A stretch of DNA of 64,000 nucleotides from Scyliorhinus canicula (GCF_902713615.1 NW_024055475.1:1-64000); one strand, 5' to 3'; numbered from the stretch's first letter, positions 48,116-60,960 are shown. The notes: generated from the sequence alone by a model not told the origin. Numbers and translations: made by a program.

Positions 48116-48415
48116 ATGTCATTCCAATGCTCTTGTCTGAGCCGCTGTGTCGAACCTCACAGCTGATTTTGCTGCATCCCCCTTCTGACTCGGTGATGGT
48201 TAACTGGCTGCTCAGGGTGTAGGTTCCCTTCTTGTTTCTCACTGACGGGTATTTCTTAACTCCTGTGGTGATCGGCTGCCCATCTTTCTTCCAGGTAAGG
48301 CTGGTGATTTCTGGGGAGTAGTTCATCGCCAAACAGCCGTAGGTCACGGAGCCATTGGTTTTGTGTTGCTGACAGGAGGAGATCAGGATGTAGAGAGTGG
48401 GCGGAGACGGTGTCG
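48116..48415 (-). CDS. IGHM: IgM Cmu1 exon, intact
   Basis: TCTCCCAG|CG...T|GTAAGT, 300 nt, [17 protein letters not shown]...[10 protein letters not shown]...TWKK...ISCEVRH. Confidence 0.95.
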
Positions 48416-49059
48416 CTGGGAGAGAATGGCCCATTCAACAAGTTAGGCTCTGTTATTTGTGCTTAAGGTATTTCACATCTTTATGGACACAGTTACAAAC
48501 TTAGCATAATATTTTCCCATTAAAACCTGCATCCATATGTGAGCTTCTATTTGTTCCATCATTTAGGAATCACTGTCTCGTTATTCGCACTTTAGAAACT
48601 CAGATCCCTTCTTCATCTTTAACACATTGCAGAAAATTAACATTTGATGCCATCTTAATGACGCACTTTAATTGGAATAAAATAGAAGAGCAAAGAGTCG
48701 TCCTCATTATTTCTGCCAGCTTTTATTTCTCAATCAACAGCTCATTGTGGCAATGAAGTTGTCTCTTCCTTTATATCATTGTAGTTTTGGAAATTGCTGT
48801 TGTTCAAAGTGACCGTTACCTCCTCCTCTCTCAACTCAATAATGAATTGTGACTTTCAAACCTTCACACCTTCCAAAGACATACTTAGGGAATGACCACA
48901 AAACTCTACATTTGAGTAAAAGATCAAATAACACCAAAACTATCTAATCATTGGATCAAGCACATTAACAGCAAGAGTCGGCCAGTAGGTCCCCAGGTCC
49001 CCTTGGCCATTCAATAAAATTATGGCTGAGCTGATTGTGGGGTTAACTCCACATTCCAC

Positions 49060-49960
49060 CTATCCTGACAACCAGCCTTTTGCCCCCCACCCAGACCACT
49101 GTCCTTTCCCTGGCTCCATGCACTTTTCCCAGCTGTTCTGCACTATTCCCGGTTATTTGCTGCTTGCCTCAGTTTCCAGAACTTTCCATTGGCCCTTTAC
49201 TCTTTACCCAGCACTTGGCCCTTTACCCCGATTCTTGGCGCTTGTCCCAAAAATCCACACTTTCCCCCATCTCCCTGCACCTTCTCTCCACTCTCTGCGA
49301 TTGGCTTTCTGCCGATATACCTGCTCAACTGCTCTTTCCTAGCTGGTTATGCTGCACCAGGCTCGCTGCACTATCCCCCAAGCTTTTTTTCCTATTCCAC
49401 GCTCTCTCTCATTTTATTAAACGTTCCCACGCCTCTTTCCCGTTTTCCACAACCCTCACCCCTGGCACTTTCCCCCAACTCTCTGCCTTTCTATCGGGCT
49501 CTCTGCATTTCCCCCAGCGCTCTGTGCTTTCTTCCGGTTCTCGATATTCCATTGTCAGCCACCCACGCTCGGGTGCCAGTCGTTCTGAGGCATGGCACTA
49601 GTTATTTCTTCCTTTCCCCTCCAATATACTCTCCCGCTCAATTCGTGAGCGAGAGTGAGAGAGGACAAGTGAGTCAATGGGTGAGGGTGAGTGAGCAGAA
49701 GGTGTGAATGAAGGTGGATGAGAAAAAGGTGGGTGCGTGAGGATGGGTGGTCGAGTCTGAGTTGGATGAGGGAAGATCGGCCGGTGAGTGAGGCGACTGA
49801 AGGTAGGTGACTGAGGGTATCCAGGTGACCGTGCATGATTAAGTTTGAGTGAGTGATTAGCTTGGCGCTGACTGAGGGTGGATGTGTGCGAGGTGTCCGA
49901 GTGTGGCTGAGTGAGTAAGGCTTGGCGAGTGAGGATGGTTGCATGAATGGATACAGAACC
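49060..49960. repeat. Pyrimidine-rich tract followed by a GAGT/GGGT-rich tract
   Basis: Strong strand skew and no clean period. Confidence 0.6.
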
Positions 49961-49964
49961 GGCT

Positions 49965-51040
49965 AAGTCATAGAAGGCAGAGAGTAGCAATGGAAGGGTG
50001 CTTTTCTGATTGGAGGGCTGTGACTAGTGGTGTTTCGCTGGAATCAGTGCTTGGACCTTTGCTGTTCGTAGTATATATAAATGATTTGGAGGTAATGTAA
50101 CTGGTCTCATTAGTAAGTTTGCAGACGACACAAAGGTTGGTGGAATTTCGGATAGCGATGTGGACTCTCAGAGGATACAGCAGGAATTAGATCGTTTGGA
50201 GATTTGGGCGGCGTGATGGTAGATGGAGTTTAATCCGGACAAATATGAGTAATGCATTGTGGAAGGTCTAAAACAGGTAGGGAAATATAGTGAATGGTAG
50301 AACCCTCAAGAGTATTGTCAGTCAGAGAGATCATGGTTACAGGCCCACAGGTCACTGAAAGGGGCAACACAGGTGGAGAAGGTAGTCAAGAAGGCATACG
50401 GCAGGCTTGGCTTCATCGGCCGGAGAATTGAATATAAAAATTGGCAGGTCATGTTGTAACCTTAGTTAGGCCACACATAGAGTATAGTGTTCAATTCTGG
50501 TCGCCAAACTACCAGAAGGATGTGGAGGCTTTAGCGAGGGTGCAAAAGAGATGTACCAGGATTTGCTTGGTATGGGGGGCATTAGCTATGAGGAGAGGTT
50601 GAAGAAGCTTGGTTTGTTCTCACTGGAACGAAGGAGGTTGAGGGGTGACCTGATAGAGGTCTACAAAATTATGAGAATCATAGACAGTGTGGATAGTCAG
50701 AGACTTTTTCCCAGGGTAGAGGGGTCAAGGGGTATAGGTTTAAGGTGCGAGGGCGAAGGATTAGAGGAGATGTATGGGGCATGTATGAGGTATGAGGCAA
50801 GGTTTTTACCCAGAGGGTAGTAGGTACTTGGAACTCGCTGCCAGAGGAGATGGTGGAATCAGGGATGATAGTGACGTTGAAGGAGCATCTTGACAAATAC
50901 GGAATAGGATGGGAATAGAGGGATACGGACCCCGGAAGTGTAGAAGATTTTAGTTTTGACGGCCACCATGGTCAGCGCAGGCTTGGAGGACCGAAGGGCC
51001 TGTTCCTGTGCTGTACGTTTCTTTGTTCTTTGTTGTTCTT
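49965..51040 (+). mobile_element. CR1 ORF2 3' part in the J-C intron
   Basis: SKFADDTK and [26 protein letters not shown], with a TTCTTTG tail. Confidence 0.88.
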
Positions 51041-51049
51041 TGAATGAAG

Positions 51050-52416
51050 GTGGATTAATGACGGAGAGTGAGAAACAGTGTGTCAATGCGAGTGAGTGAG
51101 GGTGGGTGAGTGTCGTTGGGTGAGTGAGGGTGGGTTATTGTGGGTGAGTGAAGATGAATGAGTGAGTCTGAGTGAGTGAGGAAGGGGGGCATGGATGAGT
51201 GTGAGTGAATGGGTCAGAGTGAATGACTGACTGAAGGAGGGTTGGTTGGTGGGGATGTGTACGAGGGTGGTGGATTGAGTGAAGGTGTGTAAATTACAGT
51301 GCGTGCTTGAGTGTGGGTGTATGAGTAAGCACGTATGAGTGAAAGTGAGTGTGAGTGATCCAGGGTACGCAATTGCGGGTGATTGAGTGTTGGGAGATAG
51401 GGTGGAATGAGTGAGGGTGGCTGAGTGAATGTTAACGAGTTAAAGTGTGTGTGATAAAAGATGTGAGAAGAAAAGAGTTTGTGCATGAGACTATCTGCGT
51501 GAGACTGTAAGTCTGTGTGTGTGAGATAGATTGTGTGTGTCTGTGTGAGTGAGTGAGTGAGAGATGCAATGCTTGTGAGGAACAAGTGTGAACGGGACAG
51601 TGTCTATGTGTGAGAGAGGGTGTGTGTATCCTTGTGTAAGAGTGAGTTTGCGTGCGTGCGAGAGGTGTGTGAGAGAGAAAAGCAGTGTGTGCATGAGGGT
51701 GTCTGTGTGTGTATGTGAGAGATTGTGTGTGAGAGAGGCAATGTGTGTGAGACATTGTGAAAGGGAGAGTGCATTTGTGAGAGGGAGATAGTGTGTGTGT
51801 GAGTGAGAGTATGGACGAGAGCGAACGTGTAGAAGAATGTATCTTTGTGCGAGAGAGTTCAAAGTATGTAATAATAATCTTTGTTGTCACAAGTTGCCTT
51901 ACATTGTAATGAAGTTCATGTAAAAAGTCCCTACTCGCCACATTCCGGCACCGACCACACAGAGGGAGAATTCAGAATTTCCAAATGACCGAACCGAACG
52001 TCTTTCGGGACTAGTGGGAGGAAACCGGAGCACCCGGAGGAAACCCACGCAGACACATGGAGAACATGCAGACTCTGCACAGACAGTGACCCAAGCCGGG
52101 CATCGACTCTGGGACCTTGGTGCTGTGAATCCACAGAGTATATGTGTGAGCGAGAGTGTGTGTAAGCAAGTACGTGTGATGAGAGAAAGTGTGACGTTGG
52201 ACTGGGGTGAGCACACTAAGAAGTCTTTTAACGCCAGGTTAAAGTCCAACAGGTTTATTTGGAATCACGAGCTTTCGGAGCACCGCTCCATCTTCAGGTG
52301 AGTGAAGAAAAAGTGTGTGAGAGTATGTGTGTGTGAGTGAATGTGTATGAGAGAGTGTATGTGAGAGTGAGCGAAAGATAAATAGAAATAGCGTGCATGT
52401 GTGTGTATGAGAGAGT

Positions 52417-52458
<42 letters not shown>

Positions 52459-52800
52459 GCTTGTCAGAAAGAGTGCAACAGCTTGACAGATATGTGAGGG
52501 AGATGATGTGTGTGAGTGTGTTTGTGCATGTGTGAGCAAGTGCGTATGTGTGTAAGAGAGAGTGTATGAGAGAGTGTGTACAGGTGAGTGGTTTTGTCTG
52601 GGTGTGTGAGAGAGATAGTGTGGGAGAGGTTCCGTGTGTTTGAGAGAGAAGTTATGTGTGCAAGAGAGAGTGTGAGACAGGGAAATATTTTGAGAAAGAG
52701 TGTGTTTTTGTGTGTGTGCTTATGTGTGAAACAGAGACAGACAGAGAGACGGTGTGTGTTTCAGAATGTGTTTGCGTGTGGGCGTGTGAGAGAAATTTCT
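51050..52800. repeat. (GT)n/(GA)n low-complexity region containing a minus-strand SINE (~51870-52130)
   Basis: Degenerate GTGA/GAGA tracts, a pure (GA)n at ~52420-52455, and a SINE core. Confidence 0.8.
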
Positions 52801-53334
52801 GATGCACTTGTCAAATATCAAGTCAAATTTTCACATTTCTTCCAGATGCATGTCTTTAAAATAAATCAATCAAATTTTACTCTCTGAAATACAGGAGAAG
52901 AAACCAGAAGGTTTAGAACCGGTCTTGAAAATTCCTGGTCCCTGCACAGTGACCACGTGGACAGAAATCGAAAAGACACAAACCGTACAACAATCGAGTT
53001 CCCAGCAGATAGGTCTGTTCAATCTGTCAATTTCATTCAAACTGATTCGAACTGATCAATGATCAACTTCTGACAACAATAATTCAATAGCTGATTTGAA
53101 ATGAACTGACATCCATTTCCATACTCTCTCCGACGATTTCTCCCTCTCTGAGTCATGTTACCTAAAATATAATTTCGCTGACAATGAGCATATTAAATAT
53201 AACAGATTAAAGAGTTTCATGTCTGTAACAGAGACCGGTGACAAAGTAAGAATTAAAGAAACCAGGAAATATTCTCATTAAAAAACGATTGACTGTTTTA
53301 TTTAATTGCTTAATTGAATGTGGGGGGGGGGGGG

Positions 53335-53620
53335 GGCACGGTGACACAGTGGTTAGCACGGTTGTTTCACAGCACCAGGGACCCCGGTTCGATTCCCGGC
53401 TTTGGTCTCTATCTGTGCGGAGTCTGCACCGTGTCTGCGTGTGTTTGCTCCGGGTGCTCCGGTTTCCTCCCACTAATCCCGAAAGACGTGCTGTTCAGTA
53501 ATTTTGAAATTCTGAATTCTCCCTCTGCGTACCCGAACAGGCGCCAGAATGTGGCGACTAGGGGCTTTTCACAATAACTCGGTTGCTAATGTCAGCCTAC
53601 TTGTGACAATAATGAAGATT
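53335..53620 (+). mobile_element. SINE
   Basis: GGCACGGTGACACAGTGGTTAG head, GGTTCGATTCCC, core and tail. Confidence 0.8.
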
Positions 53621-56221
53621 ATTAGCATTAAAAAATGTAATCAACAAGATAATCGACCTAAAATACCCGAGTAAAGAAATTCTTTGTTTTTTAAATTCAT
53701 TTTCGATGCAATTTAAAATTCATTAAAAACTTTTATATTGTGCGTGCCGAGTCTGCAACTGAATTGTAGGGGGTCATTTATGTTTAATAAGTCAGTATTA
53801 ATATTACATTGCAAGCTATTGTTAATTGTCAATTAGTTGTCTTGTTAGATGACCTGCACTCTATAATATAAATAGTAAAAAATAGTTTCTATCATTTAAA
53901 TTTATTCCTGCATGAAACATTGTTAAATAATCTGAGTTTTATTAAAAAGTAAGAAATGTTAATCAATAAACTTCACATAACCGGATGGAAACATTCAGAC
54001 AGTATAATACTTTTATATGAATTTAATCAAATTTTAGTACTTACCTTTTTGCATTTACTCTAACTGCCCTTTTTTAACCTACCAAAAATGTTAAATTTGC
54101 ACATTTCTGAAGGCGGTGATAAATCCTGAATTCCATCTATTCTCAGACTGTAATTCAGGTGATAAATCAATGAGTGAAATATAGCAGATATTTTCAACCT
54201 TGCTGACAGCGTTAGAACTGCCTACGCCTGCGCGTGCGTTTGTGTATGTGTTTCTCCATATGTGTCAGTGTAGCAGTGGGGGGTGTGGTGGATGGACGAG
54301 GGGGTTAGATCATATTATGGTTAAAGCTGGACTTCCGAGTTTTGAACCCGTCGTAATTCGATACTACACATATAAACATAAATAAAGTCCCTGGCAGTCT
54401 GTCATCAATAAAATAGCTTCCTAGATTTAAAAACTCAGAAAATCCCAGTAATTTAGTCCTCAAAGATATTACTTAATGGAAGCAGATCCAAATTAATCAG
54501 TGTAAACATAGTGAAGACAAATAGTTCAGATCCTTAATCACAACACTAAATCACAATGAGCAAATGGAGTAGATTTTTTTTGTTCACTTTAACGTTTCAG
54601 AAGAAATAAACAAGAGGTTCAGATGTAATCTCTTCTTCTATTCTATCATTCGTTTTCCCACAATTCTGTTCTGTGTGCAGCACAGCTATGGGAGATAGGA
54701 TGTTATTATTTATTGCTAAGCTAATGTTCGGCTTTTGTAATTAATCTCTTTGAATTTCAAGGTTTTACTTGTCAATCTCCAGCCTTGTGCAGTTTGAACA
54801 TTCCTACAATTCAAATAAACCATACGAACATCTCCTTCACTGCCTGAGACCTCGACCTCTCAGAAAACGTTAGGATTAAATTAATGACAATCGACTCGCT
54901 CTCCAACTACAAATGACATTGAAGGAATCATATTGCTGCAGCTGCACAGAGGAAATATAATAACTGTACACACAAATTGCCAAACTGCAATGTTAAAATC
55001 CGATTTAAGTAACTGCAAACGTAATCAGGAGTATGAAAACATATTTAAAATCTCTTGTGTATCTGAACAAAGCTGTAGATTCAGTATGTTATTATTAAAA
55101 CAGCTCAGGCAAAATCACAAAATATTTAAAGCCGATAAACGTTTCCGATCATGCTAATGCTGTGCAGAGCACAGCAGAATTGTGAAAGGCAATTGATGAT
55201 GAATGATATTTATTATGAAAACATCTATGGTTAATATGGAGTTATATAACCGCGATATAATTGTTTAAATTATATTAATTTTACTTTCCAATATGAAAAC
55301 GTTTTCATTAAGTAGTTTGAGACTGCAGCAACGAATTGTGTTCTGAATGAAGCCAAACGTTTGATTTTAATCTGTAATCATCAGTTAAAATAAAATAGGC
55401 CGAATATATAGTTAATTAATTTCTTCATCTCCAACACCTGCCTGTTTTCTCCTTAGAGTCGTGTTTCAAACAGTTTCAAACATGTACATTGTTTGCATTA
55501 AACCAGGAAACATCTCAATGTCACCGAGCTTAAAAAATGTAGAAACGCCAAACCGTTTCACAAATATAACTTATTTCAAGTCACCCAGACACACAATCTC
55601 CTCTCCAGGAAAACACCGAATCTCATCACCAAGGGGCTAAAGCTCGCTGCGTGGAGAAGCAGCTCAGTTCAAAAAACACTTGCAACAGAATCAAACATAA
55701 TTTTTCAAGAAAACTTCAATCTCGAACCCACCAACTCAGTCTGTTACCAAATGAATTAATAATTAAACCAAAGAGAAATATGAAACAATATCATCAGTAT
55801 TGTGAATACGGAGAACACATCAAACTTAGCATATTTTGTTAATATTGGATTCGTTTCCAACACTTGTGCAGGACGTGGTAAAACTTGCAGCCTCCAGATG
55901 TCACCGAGATTATACATTGTACAACCGCCAAACTGTTTAACAGACGTTAGGTATTTAAAGTAACCAGACCACACAGTATCCTCAGCAAATAAACATTAAA
56001 TCACAACAACCAGGGACTGAATCACTCAGCAGAACCTTTTGTCAAGAGGCAAAGTAATTATATAACATTTTACACCAGAATCACATGAAACACTGCAACA
56101 AAATCTCAATATAGTATCCACCAACCCCACATTTTAGTGAACAAATGATTTGTTAAAGTAGACAAAAATACTAAACAACGACTGCAATAAAGCAGCCAGT
56201 AAATAATTCAATGTTTTTTAC

Positions 56222-56767
56222 CTGCAGTCACCGTCACCATTGTCCCTTGTCCCCAGTAGTCCAGACCCCCGGAGCTTGCACAGTAATAGATGGCGGTGTC
56301 TTCGGTCTTCAGACTCGTCATGGTTAAAGAGAAGATGTTGTTTGCAAGGTTTTTGGACGCAGAAAATCGATTCTGAATCTCTGGGGCATGGTAGCTGATT
56401 GAAGAACTTTCGTACCAAATCAGCGAATCCAGCCCCTGTCCAGGAACCTGTCGGATCCAGCTCATCCAGGTATCGTCAAGATTGAAGCCGCTGATTTTAC
56501 ATGTCAGCCTCAGGGAGCCTCCGGGATTCCCGGTCTCTGCCTCTGGCTGAGTTAACATAATGTCGTCAATATCCTCAATATCCGACTGGATACCTGTAAA
56601 ATTATATCAAAAAGCCCGAGGATTAATGCTGGTGAAATGATTGGTGACTCTGGAACATTCCAGAGAGAGACTAACACTGAGACAGTAACAGTGAGAGACT
56701 TGGACAATAAAAACTACTCACGGGATAAGAAAGTCAGCAACAAACTGAGAGAAATGGCCCACCTCAT
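56222..56767 (-). CDS. IGHV: IgM VH leader plus pre-joined, in-frame V-D-J exon
   Basis: Leader 56767-56722 ([21 protein letters not shown]), 128-nt intron, exon 56593-56222 [32 protein letters not shown]...WIRQVPGQG...[28 protein letters not shown]|GTAAA. No RSS and no intervening DNA between V and J. Confidence 0.96.
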
Positions 56768-56858
56768 CCTTCTGGCCATTTGGGGAAAATGGTTGTGTCA
56801 GGAACTCAGTGAACAAACCAGCTCCCGGACTGTTGGATTCGGGTCCCAGTGAGCGGCA

Positions 56859-56866
56859 TTTAAATA
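56859..56866 (-). promoter_or_regulatory. TATA-like box of the VH promoter
   Basis: TATTTAAA ~92 nt upstream of the leader ATG. Confidence 0.5.
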
Positions 56867-58499
56867 CCCGGCAGAAGGGGGCGAGTTTCCAGGCGCCGCC
56901 TGTTGATTCCCTGGTGGAGGCGGCGGCTGAATCCACGTCCCACCTTCCACACCCCCAACAGAATGGACCCAGAGATTTACAATAGGTTATCAGTAAAATT
57001 GACTTTCCTCTGTTTCGGGATAGTATTTTGTCTGAATGGATTCTCTGTAATGTCTCCATTGGTTCTAATTACGAAATTACTTGTGAAAATCTGTTCATAA
57101 AAACTAATGCCATTGCAAATTAATTCGCTTTGTTTCTGCACTTCAACATAAGAGAATGAACATAAACAGGGCAAATTATATTAACAGGGAATAAGTTGAT
57201 TGTTTGCCTGATTTACAAAACTCTGAGTCTCTATCCCGTGAAAGCAATAAAGTATCATGTATCAGAGGAATTCTTATCGATTTATGTAACTAAACGCGGG
57301 GCTTGTCCAAAGTGATTCTATTTACGGGGGGGGGGGGGGGTGGCTACCACTGTGCAATCTGGGTCTGTGGAAAAGAAGAATCACTCACATTATACAATGT
57401 CACTACTTACATTACGAACTGCCCCTGAGCCTCAGACAGTCCTGTGAACATTAGCGGTAAAAGAAGCCGCTTGTCAGTTGACAGACAAACATAAAATCTA
57501 CATTAACAGTTGACAGAGAGGTTAAAGAATCGGATCGGACAGGGCGATCAGCAAAGTTATCCTTCAGCATCCAAATCATTGCCGCTAATTTTATTGGTCA
57601 CCGGCTGTCTAACATTCACTGGTGTTGGGAGCACAGGATATCAGGACTTTGTGGAATATTATACAATACCATAGGAATAAATGTTTATTTTCCATTAAAG
57701 CAGGTTATGAACTGGTGATTTCTCCACTCAATGGCAGCAATGAGAGGGACTGTTAAATAATGGAAATCAGTACAAATTAAACTGTACAGAACACGGTGTT
57801 AATCAAGTATAAGAGACGCGTCCGTTTAAATGAAGTCAACAACTCGGAGAATATTCCAGGAATTCCGGAGAGTTCATGACAGTTTTATGACTTTTTTTAA
57901 ATTTAACTTTTTCCCTAAACTTATTGGGCTTGTGGATTCGGTCCATCAACACCATTCACTCCCACTTCATTAGGTTATTAACAAACAGACTTTGATAACT
58001 AGAGTGACCTTTACGCGGAACTAATATAAATTAAATAGCATCTGGTCAGGTTACTATTTTCCGATCATGTTTAACCTCAGAGTGAACAGAACATTCACTC
58101 AATTTAATACCGTCGATGAAATAAGATTTAAAACGTTTACTTCATGTGAGACTGAAACATTTATTGTTTGAATGGATAAATCCCATTGTGTCCATTCATA
58201 TTCAGGTTAATCTGCACCACACAGTATTTGGCAGCAATCCAGCCGTTTGCAGTCAGGGAGGCTCGAATGTTCAATGTTGTTTACAGGAAGCATCTGGATT
58301 TTTTTTCAGAGATCAGTTTCCTCAGTGCTGACCGCTTGGCTGCAAGCCAACTTGAAACTCTTAACACTGTCAATGAGGACTGTTTGTAAACAAATCTACC
58401 CAGCAACAGCACTGGTGATAATTTTATGTTTTAAATTGTGAAACTATTTGAACTATTCTAATCTCTAAGGAAAGGAGAGTTAGCCAGCCTCTCTGGCCC

Positions 58500-58740
58500 C
58501 TCTTAGCAACATTTTTTTACATAGAGGGTATTGGGTGCCTGGAACTCGTGGTGGTGGAAGCAGGGACGTTAGTGACGTTTAAGGGGCATCTTGATAAATA
58601 CATGAATAGGATAGGAAAAGAGGGATACGGACCCAGGAAGTGTAGAAGATTTTAGATCAGAGGGGCAGCATAGTCGGCACCGGCTTGGAGGGCCGAAAGA
58701 CCTCTTCCTCTGCTGTACTTTCCTTTGGTCTTTGTTCATA
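58500..58740 (+). mobile_element. CR1 3' end
   Basis: Near-identical to the 3' end at 50810-51040. Confidence 0.8.
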
Positions 58741-60589
58741 TAACCGACAGGAGGATCTCTTCCACATCCCATAAAATTGTGATGATGGACAGAAATACAA
58801 GTAGGCTATCAGACAGAGTATTAGACAGAGGGTAGATTGTGTAATAGATAAACATGTAGATTTATGTGCCTCTCCCTTTATTCTTCCATGGAATGTGGGA
58901 CTCACTGGCAAGACCACCATGTGTTCCCTGTCCCTAATTGCTGTTGAACTGAGTGGGCCAGCTCAGAAGGAACTGAAGGGTCAGACATGTTGCTGTCCGA
59001 CTGAAGCCACATGTACGTGAGACCAGGGAGTGATGTCAGATTTCCTTCATGGGTGAAAAGGAGAGGATTTCATGGTCATCTTTAGTATATATTCCAGATT
59101 TATTAATTGAATTCAAATTCCAGCCATGGCGGGGTTTGTACTGGGGTCCTCACAGAATTAGCCTGGGCCTCACGATTACTGGTACAATGACATTAATACT
59201 GCACCCACCATCTGCTCAAAATATACAAGGGTAACTTTGATGCAGGGATTAGTAATAGTTGAATATTTTGATTGAGGAATCAGTGAATGAGATTGATGGA
59301 TGGAGCTATAGATGGGCCTGAAAGATGCTGTTCAACATTCTCATTTTTTTGCTTCACTACTTCGTAAATTGAAGCAGGTCCTTTGCAATGTGTGTCAGAC
59401 CGATACATTCAGTCCTTCGAACTATTCTGGATGAATTACATCCGCAGGCGATCAGGAACTAACGAGCGGGATGTCAGTAAGAGGAAGCTGACGATCTTAA
59501 TCCGGTGCTGGTGATTCTTCACTGCTAGTGGTGAATCTTCATGTCAAAGACAGAAAACTGGAACATGATTACATTGAGGAGGGATGGTTGTAATATTTGG
59601 ATCATGCGATAATTTCATGTACCGGCAGGGCAAAATCAGAATGCGAGAGTATTCTCAACGACAGATCTTCAAAGACTCTCAAAATCAAACAAAACAGAGG
59701 TGGTTTGCACGGCTCTGGTATGACCAAAGGATAGAAGATCGTTACATTCCCAAAGCATTTCCGTATGGTGAAGTAGTCAGACCCACGCATCGAGTGGGAA
59801 GGTCAATATTCCGCTTCAAGGGTTCTTCCAAGTGTCACATGAAGGCCCCAAGCACTTGGGTGTCACCAGCTGATAAAAATGACGTCACTTTATTCCAAAA
59901 GTCCAATGGGCTGGTGTGAACGGCCACGACCAGTGGGTTTAGAGGCTTTGCAGTCGACACAAACATTGAAAATAACAACCCATAATGACAATTGGTAGCT
60001 TCATATACAGAACTCATGGCAAAACCTAACTGTCAAAACCTGGCTTCCTCCGTTCTCAGCAAAGATGCCATATGAAAAAAAAACAGTATGAAGTGGATGT
60101 GTTTACTGTGAATCTATTGTAAATAAAAGATTGCTTGTGATCTTTGTGAAATTCAGTTGTACACAACATGATGTCTTTCAAACAAACGCACACACATAAA
60201 TGCTCTCTCGCATACACACACGCACATAAACTCAGACACGCACATAAACACAGACACACGCCTATGCACACACAATCTCTCACACAAACATTCTCTCTCC
60301 CTCCCTCTCGAACAAACACTCATACACTCAAATTTTCCCCTTCAACTGAAGATCCCATCTTGATTTCCTGGGGGACCTCAGAGACAATAACCCCAAACAT
60401 GTTACAGGTGGTATAATAAACCAATCAACCCTCCCCAGCACCATGGTTGTTGATGTGAATATCAAATTTCCCATGGACTCCATACAGCGCCTCGGTAAAC
60501 ATTTCTCCATTTCACAAAAGTGAACAAAAATGTGCCACCAGAAATTGAGCCACTTTACTGTGGTACTGACCATAAATTTTGATTGTTGT

Positions 60590-60960
60590 CACCTATACCG
60601 AGGTACAGTGAAAAGTATTGTACTCCTTGCAGTCCAGACATATCGTTCTATCCATAAAAAAACATAGGATGTACGATAAATGCACAATATAAATACGTAG
60701 ACATAGAAATCGGGTGAAACATACGGAGGGTAGTGCTGCAACAGTAGACGATGCAGAGAGGCATCAGTTCCGTCCAGAAGACGGCCGTTCAGGAGTTTGG
60801 TACCAGCCGACAAGAAGCTGTTTTTGAATCTGTTAGTGCGTGTTCTCAGATTTTGTATCTTCTGCCCAATGGAAGATGTTGGAAGAGAGAATAATCCGAG
60901 TGGGAGCGGTCTTTGATTAAGATACCTGCTTTCCCAGACGGTGGGAGGTGCAGACAGAAT
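60590..60960 (-). mobile_element. LINE 3' fragment (Rex1/Babar-like)
   Basis: RTRTNRFKNSF motif in ORF 60589-60963. The clade label is from recall. Confidence 0.55.

Noticed and set aside
56279-56285. Embedded heptamer (TACTGTG) at the VH 3' end as a handle for re-rearrangement into TCR
   Set aside because: It comes with the YYC codons in most VH genes, and there is no nonamer at 12 or 23 nt.
36284-56767. Identification as the IgM1gj ortholog, or as IgW/IgNAR
   Set aside because: Four Cmu-type exons including Cmu2, an IgM-type tailpiece and a conventional VH with Cmu1. Orthology cannot be settled without a phylogeny.
57113-57120. TTGCAAAT as the IgH promoter octamer
   Set aside because: One mismatch and ~350 nt from the ATG. 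Shark IgH promoters are generally described as lacking the octamer.
59029-59887. AGTGATGTCA (59029) and TGACGTCA (59880) as V promoters, and ORF 59584-59919
   Set aside because: No leader, V exon or RSS follows either motif. The first lies in repeat-like sequence and the ORF has no recognisable motif.
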